A stretch of DNA of 48,932 nucleotides, taken from the IMG/VR virus record IMGVR_UViG_3300025534_000012, positions 1-48,932 of that record; one strand, written 5' to 3'. The notes under the pieces were generated by a model that searched no databases, was not told the DNA's origin, and saw only the letters and a program-made list of their open reading frames with translations. Positions 10,165-19,665 of this stretch are shown here, piece by piece. The translations under genes were made by a program, and so were the position numbers. How positions within the stretch are numbered: position 1 is the first letter of the stretch; each line of letters begins with the position of its first letter. The DNA comes from a virus. Its lineage: Duplodnaviria; Caudoviricetes.

Positions 10165-10601
10165 CGATCATCCACCGCCTTTCCGATTGCGCCAACGAGC
10201 CATTCGAGGTATTTGCGCGACTCGCCCGCAAGTGGTCGCTCGAGGTATTTATTCCCGACTTCGTAACCGTCCACGCCCGGAGCTTGCCGCGACCGCGGGC
10301 CGAGATTGTAATCGGCTTCATGCGTCCATAACGCGTAGTTAAACCGGCCATAGCCCGGCGACACTTCGGTCACGCCAAACGTAACTTCACCAACTAGCGT
10401 TTGTGTTTTTGGTGTCCTGCGTACGTCCGTTTTTACCGATTTACGAAGCGCAGTTGAATCGATTGGCGCGATATTCGAACTGATTCGCGCAAGGTCGTCA
10501 ACAACATCGTGCATAGCCGTTTCTTCCGCCGCCATCGTGACGAGTTTCTTTTTGTCCATATGCGCAAAGAACTTCGCTGCGTCAAACTCAAACTCGCTCA
10601 T
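10161..10601 (-). CDS. HK97 gp10-like tail completion protein
   Basis: APIDSTALRKS...NYALWTHE...KYLERP. Confidence 0.7.
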   Translation of the reverse strand: MSEFEFDAAKFFAHMDKKKLVTMAAEETAMHDVVDDLARISSNIAPIDSTALRKSVKTDVRRTPKTQTLVGEVTFGVTEVSPGYGRFNYALWTHEADYNLGPRSRQAPGVDGYEVGNKYLERPLAGESRKYLEWLVGAIGKAVDDR

Positions 10602-10930
10602 ATATACACCACCGTTAATATCGGCTTACCGTTCAATCCGCGCTTCACATCGATTTGTTTCGGGTTTCGCGTGACGGTTATGCCGAGTTCGTTCGTGAAC
10701 GAAATTTCGTCGGTGTATCGGATGTCGGCGAGTTTGTCGAGTAGGATTTTCGCTTCGGCCACGATAGTTCCGCTCTGCACGATGCCTTCCGAGTGCTGGA
10801 CGGTTAACTGCGACCCTTCGTCAATCCGGCATTTTAACGTAAATGTTTGCGTTGGCAACGGCCGCCCCCATTCGTCAACGCCGCCGCTACGCCGCACGGT
10901 TATCGTTTGTTTTAACGGTACGACCGCCAT
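10598..10930 (-). CDS. head closure protein
   Basis: DEWGRP motif; position in the neck cluster. Confidence 0.6.
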   Translation of the reverse strand: MAVVPLKQTITVRRSGGVDEWGRPLPTQTFTLKCRIDEGSQLTVQHSEGIVQSGTIVAEAKILLDKLADIRYTDEISFTNELGITVTRNPKQIDVKRGLNGKPILTVVYI

Positions 10931-11332
10931 CTATAACACCGTCCATTTCACGGCGCGGCCCGTGCCTAATCGCGGCAGGTCAGCGTTTTTGGGCTCAGCG
11001 TTAATCAATTCGACGGCCGTGCGCGGTATCATATCGTAAATATCCTTACGCGCGCCTTGCTTATCGGTCCACGAGCCGACGCCGGTTATCGAAAACCCCG
11101 CGAGGCCTTGCTGAAATAGCCGGTTTGTATCGTTGAAATTAACGGCCAACACCGCGCAAAACTCGTAAACGGCGTTGTCCGGTATGGTGTAGCCCGGAAA
11201 TTTTTCCGCGAATATCCGCTGCGCCGTACTGAGTATGCGTTGTTTTTGTGCCGTATCCGCGTCGAGCCAATCTTCGGCCATGATGACGTTGGCGTCGATA
11301 TATACGTCAGCGTCCGCGATTGTTGCCGCCAT
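10931..11332 (-). CDS. head-tail adaptor protein
   Basis: ATIADADVY...W...KQRILSTA pattern; position. Confidence 0.6.
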   Translation of the reverse strand: MAATIADADVYIDANVIMAEDWLDADTAQKQRILSTAQRIFAEKFPGYTIPDNAVYEFCAVLAVNFNDTNRLFQQGLAGFSITGVGSWTDKQGARKDIYDMIPRTAVELINAEPKNADLPRLGTGRAVKWTVL

Positions 11333-11350
11333 AAGCGTTCCTCCCTCCGT

Positions 11351-11560
11351 CTACTTTCCGGAGGACTTTGCGCTCGCTTTCGGCTTGGCCTCCGATTTTT
11401 GTGCTTCCGGCTTGTCAACGCGAGTAACGTCGGGCAGGCCGTCAAGCACCGCTTGAATCTTTTTGTCGTCGGTTTTAAAAACGCCGTGGGCGAATTTATA
11501 GCGCACGCCATCGACGTAAAAACCGAGCTGTTGATACCTTGATTTATATTCCGCCACCAT
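11351..11560 (-). CDS. small head-associated hypothetical protein
   Basis: AAGGAGTG RBS and ATG at 11560; Lys/Ala-rich tail. Confidence 0.6.
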   Translation of the reverse strand: MVAEYKSRYQQLGFYVDGVRYKFAHGVFKTDDKKIQAVLDGLPDVTRVDKPEAQKSEAKPKASAKSSGK

Positions 11561-11571
11561 ATCACTCCTTG

Positions 11572-12384
11572 TTAACTCACTTCTTTCAATTCTTGATAAA
11601 GTCGTTTTAGGCATTCATCCTTATCGGTTTTAAGATCATTTTCCCAAACCGTGATAACTTTATATCCACTTTGTTCGAGAGCTTGTTTTTTACGTGAATC
11701 CTTATTCATTACTCTTTCGTGGTATTTGTGTAATGGTTTGAGTTTACCGTAAATGTCAGGATTGGCATGCCAAAAATCTCCATTTACTTCTATAGCTATA
11801 TTGTCATCCACGACAAAATCAATTGTCATTCGATTTATTGGTACTTGTTTCTTGAAGTTAAAATTATTATTCTTTAAAAATGTTTCGACCTCTAACTCAA
11901 TCCAAGTATCGCATTGTTTTCTGCTAGATAGATAACATTTTCGAGAACAAAACTTTTTGAATTTATTGCTTTCGGGATTGACCATAGATCGATTCTTACA
12001 CCCAAAAAATTCACCACATTGTGGGCATTTTCTGTAAAAGATGCGTTTTATGTTGTGCCTTCTCATCTCTCGCCTTAATGTGGTTTCTTTACATTTTAAT
12101 TCGGAAGCAATTTCCGAAATGAGCTTGTGCTCATAATTAAACTTCTGAACAAGTACTTCTTTATCTATTCTCCTAAAATAAATGTTTGAGTGTTGTTTGC
12201 GTTTAAAATCACAATCAATTCGGTGCATTTCTTTCAAACGCTTTGATGCTAGTTCAGAAACACACTTTTTTGAACAACATCGCACAAACTTCTTTTTATT
12301 GGTTGGATCATGTTTGCAAGGCATATCAACTTCGAACTTAGCCCCGCAATTTTTACAGATGTTTATAAACGTTTTCTTAGACAA
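11572..12384 (-). CDS. free-standing Vsr/DUF559-like endonuclease with zinc-finger repeats (putative homing endonuclease)
   Basis: CxxC...CSxxC repeats, HTH, IDF...IEVNGDFWH...D..K...GYKVITVWE; AT-rich; TTG start at 12384 after GGCGGAG. Confidence 0.8.
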   Translation of the reverse strand: MSKKTFINICKNCGAKFEVDMPCKHDPTNKKKFVRCCSKKCVSELASKRLKEMHRIDCDFKRKQHSNIYFRRIDKEVLVQKFNYEHKLISEIASELKCKETTLRREMRRHNIKRIFYRKCPQCGEFFGCKNRSMVNPESNKFKKFCSRKCYLSSRKQCDTWIELEVETFLKNNNFNFKKQVPINRMTIDFVVDDNIAIEVNGDFWHANPDIYGKLKPLHKYHERVMNKDSRKKQALEQSGYKVITVWENDLKTDKDECLKRLYQELKEVS

Positions 12385-12504
12385 AATATCTCCGCCTTTA
12401 AGATATTCGCCTAATAAAAACACGAAGTCTCGGACGTAGGCGTTCGTCCTTCGCGCTAGTTCGCGACGCTAGCGTTTGACTTCGTGTTTAATCATAAATT
12501 TAAA

Positions 12505-13846
12505 TTAAGATAAACCTTTCAGGCGACCGTGAGCTTTTTCTTGAAGAACTTCGAGAGTGTACTCCAATGTGTTACCCTACCGGCTTTTTATCCGATAGCT
12601 CTTACGCTTCCTATTCGCGTAAGTTCAGCATACCTTTTCGCCTCGTATCAAGGCGGCGCGGCCTCGTGGATGGATTATATTCTGCATAAGCAGGTTCACC
12701 ATCTATGCGTTGCCCCTGACTAAGATTTTACCCTTAGCCTTCGGTTCGGGTTAGCGTCTCAGCTTTCCCGCTTAATTCCGCGCTTTTCACTAATGAGTTA
12801 CCTCATTAGGCGGCAAGTGTTTTACCGACGATCATACCTTCGCGATAGTCGCCCTTCTCACCTAAATATTTGTGGAAGAAGTCGCGACCAACGAGCGGAC
12901 GGATGGCCAAACGGTTAGCGTCAACCAAGAATAATTCATCCGGCGCAAGGTTGTTGTTGACGTGGATTTCGAATTGACCGAAGTCAGAAACGAACATGTC
13001 GACAACTTGGCCGCGAACGTTTTCAGCGCGCTCCAAGCGAATTTTATCTTGGTCTAGTGCGCTAAGAGCACGTTTTTGTTTCGCAGGCACGATAATAACG
13101 AATCGGCCACCGTTTGCGAAACCGCCAGCTTCGTAGATGTCTTGCGCGAGATTATTGATCGCATCAGCCGTCAAGGCTCCGCCAACGTTAGTGACGTTGG
13201 TTTGGATGAACGAACGCAAACCGGCCATTTGACGGATTTGACCGTTTTCGTATTTAACACCGTTGATTAACGCTTTTTCGAGCTGAAGCGCTAATTCCAA
13301 TTGTTTCTTTTGTTTTTCATATGCGTATAAATCGTTGATACCGTATTGCGTAACAGCTTCGGCTGTGCCGCTAATTTGGATCGTGTCATCGAAAATTTGC
13401 GTAAGGTTGGATACCTTTTTACGTGCTTTAAAACGGGCAGCACGGGCATCGGCACCTTCGACACCTTCCGTAAATTGGAATTCAATTTTAGCGCCGTCAG
13501 CAATAGCGGCAGCGGTAGTTTCGGCGTAACCGCGAACAACAGTAAGGTTATTGCCGTTGACAGCCGTAATTTTCATCAATTCGTCCCCGACTTTTACAAC
13601 TTGATCGACGCGGAAAGGTTCTGCGTCGGCTACTGTTACGGTTGTTCCGTCAACAGCGACGGCGCCACTTACCGTAGATTCGTCCGCGAACATTTCATCT
13701 TCAAACCATTGGTGCTCAGTTTGTGTAACCGGTGCAGCAAAGCCAAGCATGTTGATGAGCGGCGTTTGGTGCGGATTCAACAACAGAATTTCATCAACAA
13801 CAGACTCTCTTTTTCCGATTAGGCTAGCATCGTAGATCATTGACAC
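12505..13846 (-). CDS. major capsid protein (DUF5309/SU10-like), spliced: exons 13846-12824 and 12564-12505, 360 aa
   Basis: TPLINML, HQWFED and NLTQIF motifs; splicing restores IVG|EYTLEVLQEKAHG. Confidence 0.88.
12565..12823 (-). ncRNA. group I intron (259 nt, no ORF) in the major capsid gene
   Basis: Exon ends in U, intron ends in G; P1 CGGU/GCCG with U.G pair; P7-like GCAUA/UAUGC; removal restores the frame. Confidence 0.85.
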
Positions 13847-13858
13847 TTATAATTCCCC

Positions 13859-14566
13859 CTATTTTCCAAGTTCTTTTTTGAGTTTTGTATAGGCAACAAA
13901 GTCCTCGATCCGACCGGTTTTCCGCGCCTTCTCAGCCGCTTCCTTGAGCAACTGTTCCGCAGTTTTTTCTGATTTTTGCTCGGGCGCATGGTTCGACGCG
14001 TCACCGATTGTCCGGGGCTGTTGTTGCGCGAGTAAATACGGCTTGTTTTTTACCAGCGCCTCTACAATCGCTTCTACGCCGACAGGCTTGCCGTCCTCGC
14101 CGAATTCAACCGCGGACAATTCCGCTTCGGCGAGTTTTAGCGCGTCCTCAACGTAAGCGATATTGTGCGCGGTCGCCGCTGTAATAAATGCGTTATGCAC
14201 TTTTTCGCGTTTAACCTGCGCTTGCAATTCTTCGAGTTGTTTGGCGTATTGTTGCGCTTGTTCTTCCGCTTTTCTTGCGATTTCCTCAGCGCGTTCTTTT
14301 TCACTCATTTCGGCTAAACGCTTTTCTTCGAGTTCCTTTTCGTATTGCTCCGCTTTCTTCTTGAGTTCCTCGAAGCCTTCGTACTTTTTACGCTCGCGCT
14401 CGATTCGTTTCGCGATAATCTCGTCGAGTTCCGCTTGCGTAAATGTTTTCTCGGGTTGCTCCGGTTTTTCTTCGGGTTTATTTTCCGGTTCCCCAACCGT
14501 TTGACTTTCCGGAGTAGTTTCGGGTTGTTCTTGTTCTGCGAAAAACTGAATATCGAATTTTTTCAT
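13859..14566 (-). CDS. capsid scaffolding protein
   Basis: DIQFFAE, KTFTQAELDEIIAKR, KPYL; charged coiled coil upstream of the capsid gene. Confidence 0.88.
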   Translation of the reverse strand: MKKFDIQFFAEQEQPETTPESQTVGEPENKPEEKPEQPEKTFTQAELDEIIAKRIERERKKYEGFEELKKKAEQYEKELEEKRLAEMSEKERAEEIARKAEEQAQQYAKQLEELQAQVKREKVHNAFITAATAHNIAYVEDALKLAEAELSAVEFGEDGKPVGVEAIVEALVKNKPYLLAQQQPRTIGDASNHAPEQKSEKTAEQLLKEAAEKARKTGRIEDFVAYTKLKKELGK

Positions 14567-14658
14567 TGCGTTTCCTCCCGCGTTTAAAGTCCGCGTAGAC
14601 TATGGATTTTACCGAAAGTTTAACGCCATTTCGTAAGGCAAAATAAAAACACCGCTGT

Positions 14659-15680
14659 TTACGCGATGTTTTCTGGATTTCTTATAGGACTTATATGGTG
14701 GCGACATTTTGGCTTTCTGTAATCTCCGATTTCCCGGAGTGTCGGACTATCCCACGCACTCTATAAAGAGTGCCCGCCATTATAGTCTCTGCACGTTCCC
14801 TTTACGGGCTTCGCTCACGGTTACCATAGCAAAATGCCGTAGGCTTCCCTGAATTTAGACGGTTATTCGACGTGCGTCACCGCACGAAGCCACCCGTTTG
14901 TCGATGGAATAATTCCCTATTGGGAATGTCGCCAACATACGTATAAGGACCCGGCGCATCCGGCACGAGCTTCACGATTTTGCCTTCCCACTTACCGCAA
15001 CCATCCGTAGCACCGTGGCGCGAAACCACACCGTAATAAGCTCCGCGCTGCACCGCTTCGTTTATCGTTACATCGCGGTAAAGTTGCGATAGCTTCGTAT
15101 GCGTCACCATATCAACGTAAACGTCCGGTTTCCAGCGACGGCCCATTGCGTCAATGATGCCGGTATTGACCGCTTGGCCAAGCTCGGCTTGGATTCGCGC
15201 GAGAATATCGTGTGCTATCGTGCGTCTGCCGTTGATGTTCTTCGCCAAGTTTGATCGCATGGCCTCGGCACTGGCCCGACGAACGGCCGACCGCACTTTC
15301 CGGTCAACGTTTTGTGTGACCGCCAATAAATCGGCTTGCGTGTCCTCGATAGCCGCTTTAATAACCGCTTGGTTGGCGCGGTTGAACGATGCGATTTTTT
15401 CCGCTTCGGCCAACGTTTCAACGACGCCGAGCGCGAGAATCGTTTGCTCAACTGCGAGCCTAGCCGCAGCCGGCACGTTTTCTTCGACCCATTTGCGCGA
15501 GTCCTCGTTTAGCTGCGCGAGTATATCGCTAACGCTTTTTAGCGTCGCCATAATGTGAGCGCGCTGCATATCGGTAAGCGACAACCGGGATAATTCGGCC
15601 TGTAAATCGCGGATAGCACGCTTGTAATAGCGGACGATTTGCGTGACTTGTGCGTCGAAGTTCGGGTCGTTATTCGCCAT
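14659..15680 (-). CDS. minor head protein (SPP1 gp7-like), spliced: exons 15680-14904 and 14712-14659, 276 aa
   Basis: GRRWKPDVY, HGATDGCGKWEG; splicing restores the conserved LFH|PKCRH. Confidence 0.85.
14713..14903 (-). ncRNA. group I intron (191 nt, no ORF) in the minor head gene
   Basis: U/G boundaries; P1 CCAU/GUGG; P7 GCAGAGACUA...GAUAGUCC. Confidence 0.88.
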
Positions 15681-17277
15681 TTACGTTGGCTCCTTGGTCG
15701 GCAGCGTTAAATATCGACGAATCAACCGTATCGTTCATACGCTTTTCATCGTCATCAATTCGCGCGATAACCTCACGCGCTTTCTCATCGTCCACCTCGT
15801 CAAGCAGCTTAATCGCGCTAAGTTGGTCGATAGTCGGCTTATTGCCCGTCCGAATCTGCATGATTTCCGCGAATTCTTTTTCGTCGCGCGGAATACCGTC
15901 TTTCCACTTGATTGTCGGGTAAACCGGCGTATATTTTTCGAAACCAGCCACGCCTTGATTCGCATAGTTTTCGAGGATTTGCGCCGTCCATAGCGCGTCG
16001 CGAATCGCTTTGTCATAGTGCGTGCGAATCCGTTTAATCTTCGACAATATCGGCATGAAGCGCGCTTTAATCGCAACGCCGTCCGTGTGCGACGTGCCCG
16101 AGCCACCTTTGTCCTCGACCATTGTCGTGCCGAACAGCCACTGCGGCGTTTCCGCCATCATGAACACGATGCCGAGCAGCATATCGAGCTCGCGGAATGC
16201 AGCGTCAAGCTGACCGTTCCATGTGATTGCGCCCGGGGTTGCGTCCTCTTTTGTAAGCGGAATATATCGACCGCCGAACCGCGCGGAATTACTGTCGAAG
16301 CCTTCGAGATCGGGTCCGTAAATCGTCGGGTCCGAATGTTTCCATAGGATATAATCGATTTGCATCAACCGGTCGTTTATCGCGGCCAGCACTTCTTCGA
16401 TCTTTTCGATGCCGCTTACGCCCGCCCAGTCGTCATCAACCGATTTGTACGGCGCGTGGTGCACGAGCAAATACGGCACGCCCGTTTCTTCGACGTCTGA
16501 GTCGCGGCCTGTTGGCACGCGGTCGCCAATCGTGAATACTTGCAGCGGCACGCCATACTCGTTGTTTATCGTCGGCTCATATAAACGGAATCGCTCATAC
16601 GTGATGTAGCCGGGCACGTGACGCTCGACGTTGAGAAACGGCACTTCCTCCGTTTCGCTTTCGACCCATTCGACCCACGCAATATTTACCGCTTTAAACT
16701 TCTTAACGTTGCCGCGCGATGTTTCCGGAAAAACATAGTCGGCGCGAACATGCTCGATAATCGGCCCCATTTCGGCGCCCTGCGGAATGCCGACGCCAGC
16801 GGGCAGCGCGGAAAAGTCTTGGTAATAGCCGTAACGCACTTTAAACCATGCGTCGCCGCGGTAGCCGTTGCCGATGACCGATTCGTGTAGCAGCGCATTT
16901 AAATCGTTGTTCTCGACAATCCGGTTGAGCGCTTTTTGTTCCGGCGAGTCGTCGGGCTTGCCGCTTTCGTACTGCGGTGGCTCGCCGACCATTAAATCGG
17001 CTGGTTTCGTCAGCAAAATGTCCATCAAATTGACCGCGATGTATAACGAGTTTAGCTGCGATGCTTGCGGAGTGTCGGCAAGTAGCTTCGTTGCGCGCGT
17101 CAGTATATTGGGTTCACCTAAATACGCCGGCTCGGAATACCGCGCATTAAAAATAGCGCGCCCGCGCCGGTACTTTGCGATTCGTTCGAGCGAATCAATC
17201 GGCGGGTAAAGCGCGCCGGGCTGAAACAGCCGGTAATCTTTCGTGTGCTCGTAAAAGTCGTTGTATATCGTCGGCAT
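15670..17277 (-). CDS. portal protein (SPP1 gp6-like)
   Basis: 535 aa; position between terminase and minor head genes; WKDGIP motif. Confidence 0.8.
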   Translation of the reverse strand: MPTIYNDFYEHTKDYRLFQPGALYPPIDSLERIAKYRRGRAIFNARYSEPAYLGEPNILTRATKLLADTPQASQLNSLYIAVNLMDILLTKPADLMVGEPPQYESGKPDDSPEQKALNRIVENNDLNALLHESVIGNGYRGDAWFKVRYGYYQDFSALPAGVGIPQGAEMGPIIEHVRADYVFPETSRGNVKKFKAVNIAWVEWVESETEEVPFLNVERHVPGYITYERFRLYEPTINNEYGVPLQVFTIGDRVPTGRDSDVEETGVPYLLVHHAPYKSVDDDWAGVSGIEKIEEVLAAINDRLMQIDYILWKHSDPTIYGPDLEGFDSNSARFGGRYIPLTKEDATPGAITWNGQLDAAFRELDMLLGIVFMMAETPQWLFGTTMVEDKGGSGTSHTDGVAIKARFMPILSKIKRIRTHYDKAIRDALWTAQILENYANQGVAGFEKYTPVYPTIKWKDGIPRDEKEFAEIMQIRTGNKPTIDQLSAIKLLDEVDDEKAREVIARIDDDEKRMNDTVDSSIFNAADQGANVNGE

Positions 17278-17294
17278 TCATCCGCCTCCTTTCG

Positions 17295-17735
17295 TTACTC
17301 GTCGCTTTCAAGTTCGCGTTCGAGTTCCGCAATTTCTTCCGCGATTTTTTCGTCCGATTGATCTTCGTTATCGTCGACCACTTCCGTAATTTGCCGTTCG
17401 GTAAGCAACCCGAACCGTTTAAAATACAAGTCCATCGCCTTAACCGACGGTTGTTGTGCGTTAATCAACCGCATCATTTGCCGGTATACGCCCGGCCGAT
17501 ACGACGCGAGAAAATCGTCCGCAATCATGTTCATATAATCGATGAATATGCGGTTATGGTGCTTCCAGCGGTATAGCTGACGCTCGCTGATACCGACTTC
17601 GGCCGCGATTTCCGACATTTTGCGTTTGCCGCCGTCGGCCGCATCGATCATGTCATTTTGAACGAGGATTAACGCCGCTTTACGTTGCTGCGGCGTGAGT
17701 TTCGCTTCAAGCGCCTTGAATTTTTTCGTAGACAA
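17295..17735 (-). CDS. phBC6A51-family HTH protein, putative terminase small subunit
   Basis: EIAAEVGISERQLYRWK HTH, PSVKAMDLY, acidic tail. Confidence 0.7.
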   Translation of the reverse strand: MSTKKFKALEAKLTPQQRKAALILVQNDMIDAADGGKRKMSEIAAEVGISERQLYRWKHHNRIFIDYMNMIADDFLASYRPGVYRQMMRLINAQQPSVKAMDLYFKRFGLLTERQITEVVDDNEDQSDEKIAEEIAELERELESDE

Positions 17736-17750
17736 TTCGCAATCACTCCT

Positions 17751-19511
17751 TTATAGCCAAATTGGCTTGTCGATGATTTTCACCTTAGCCCGCTTAGATA
17801 CGGATATAGCCATTTCGAGCGCATCCGGCAGGTCATCGTGCCAGTTACTTCCGTAGCGTTCAAATTGTTCTAACAAAAGTTGATGGCTTTTATGAAAAAC
17901 GATGCTGCCGTTTTCAATATCGGGCAACATCGCTTCAATGCGTAATTCTTTACGCGACCTTTGTTGAATTTTTGTCACGCGCGAGTAAGCCGGGTAGCCG
18001 ACGCTTTGCAAGTTTCGTTTTAAGTGGTCGACGAAAAACTCTTGCGCCATTTGCGCCTCAGCACCGATTCTGTCCGGCTGGTATTTACGCACCTTTTCGA
18101 TGATCACCTTCATAAATTCGTCCGGGTGTATCCGATCACCATACGCATCAACAACGTAAATTTTACCGGTTGCTTTATGCTTCGCGACCGTTACGATTGC
18201 CGAATAGTCGCCGCGTTCTTTACCGAGCGCGAAGTCAATGCCCATGTAAATACCGTAATCGCGATGGCTAAAGTCGATATGGTCATAGTAATAAAATTGC
18301 TCCGGCTTGAATATTTGCGATTCTTCGTCGATCGGGTTATTCATAAATTCGGTGTTAAACGCTTTAGAACCTAAGTTGAGTTTTTCGAGCATAAGTTCCG
18401 CGATAGGAAACCGGCCCGGCCACAATACTTCGACGTTTTCGTCCATTTCCGCTTTGTGTTCGTTGTAAAACCGTAAAGCCGCTTCGGCGTTAGGCGTTCG
18501 CTTTTTTTCGGCGGCAAACTCTATCGCCTGTAATTCTTCTTCCGTCGGCTTGTATTCGCGGTAAATCCGCTCGAACTCCGCCCATAAGTCCATCCGCTTT
18601 GGTGGCGACAAAATAGCCGGAAACTTATTTTTAATAAAGTCTTGGCGCTCGTTAAGTACGTAGTTCAAAAGTGAGTCAACGTGTACAATCGTACCCATGA
18701 ATATAATCGCGGTACAAGTCGGATCATAAGCCGGCATTAAGTCTTGGTTGAACCAATCTTTCGCCTTTTGACGCAACTCCGGCGTGTTATTGGAATCGCG
18801 CGACTCTAAGTCGTCAAGAATGATTAAGTCCGGCCGCTGCGACCCATTACGGAAACCACGAATCTGCTTACCTAACGAGGTCGACTCCATTTTAATGCCG
18901 GTGCTCGTTAAAAACGCTTCTTCCGAGTCTTTTTCGTTTTGCGATTTTTTCGGGCTCAGCACTTCACCAAAATCAGCACGTAGCTTTTCGTTGTATTTTA
19001 ATTGACCGCTTACCCACCGTATAAATTTCTTCGAGCCTTCGCCAGTTTCCGAGATAATGAGAATCATTTTGCGCTTGCGATAGACGATCTCATGCACCGG
19101 AAAGGCGTTGGACAAATACGCTGACTTCGCGTGGCCCCGGCTGGCCGCCCATGCGATTCGCGCGGTCCGGTTATAATTCGATACAGAATCGAGAATACGC
19201 GACAGCTTAACGTGAAAGTCGGGCGCGTCGTCCATGTTAACGGAGGGGTCCGGCACAAGGTTATCGGGGTTGCCGGGGTTGCGTGCTTCCGAAAAGTATT
19301 CGTAAAAGAAATACAACATATCGACTTCCGCCCGGTGCACGCGCTTAAGCCGCTCCAGCTCCGCTTTGTCCTCGCGCAACTTTTCGATGTGGTAATCGGT
19401 CGCCTTGCCGGCTTTATAAAGCGCAAGCAGCTTACGGGCGCGTTCCGTGATGAGGTCGATACGCCGTTGCCGCGCTTCCCTATCGAGCCATTCACCGTTT
19501 ACATACGCGAT
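17751..19511 (-). CDS. terL: terminase large subunit
   Basis: Walker A SRGHAKS, Walker B LIILDDLE, nuclease GIDFA...HDDLPDA; frame extends to ATC at 19511 behind AAAGGAGG. Confidence 0.92.
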   Translation of the reverse strand: MAYVNGEWLDREARQRRIDLITERARKLLALYKAGKATDYHIEKLREDKAELERLKRVHRAEVDMLYFFYEYFSEARNPGNPDNLVPDPSVNMDDAPDFHVKLSRILDSVSNYNRTARIAWAASRGHAKSAYLSNAFPVHEIVYRKRKMILIISETGEGSKKFIRWVSGQLKYNEKLRADFGEVLSPKKSQNEKDSEEAFLTSTGIKMESTSLGKQIRGFRNGSQRPDLIILDDLESRDSNNTPELRQKAKDWFNQDLMPAYDPTCTAIIFMGTIVHVDSLLNYVLNERQDFIKNKFPAILSPPKRMDLWAEFERIYREYKPTEEELQAIEFAAEKKRTPNAEAALRFYNEHKAEMDENVEVLWPGRFPIAELMLEKLNLGSKAFNTEFMNNPIDEESQIFKPEQFYYYDHIDFSHRDYGIYMGIDFALGKERGDYSAIVTVAKHKATGKIYVVDAYGDRIHPDEFMKVIIEKVRKYQPDRIGAEAQMAQEFFVDHLKRNLQSVGYPAYSRVTKIQQRSRKELRIEAMLPDIENGSIVFHKSHQLLLEQFERYGSNWHDDLPDALEMAISVSKRAKVKIIDKPIWL

Positions 19512-19565
19512 GATAACCGCCTCCTTTCGTTGGGTTTGCGTCTATGTAGCGCGCACATGCCGTTC

Positions 19566-19665
19566 TGAGAGCCGTAAAGGCGTCTATGAGCCGTTTTCGT
19601 GTGTTGCGGGTATAATTCGTTAGGGTTGCGTAGAAAACGCGCGAGAGAGGCGTTTACGGCGCTCA
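19566..19665. repeat. imperfect inverted repeat upstream of terL
   Basis: Arms 19566-19585 and 19646-19665 match at 17/20; inner CGTTTTC/GAAAACG pair; central GGGTATAAT. Confidence 0.6.

Noticed and set aside
12541-12551. TTG plus an 8-nt match to the spacer 1 seed in capsid exon 2
   Set aside because: The match stops after 8 nt and is compatible with chance.
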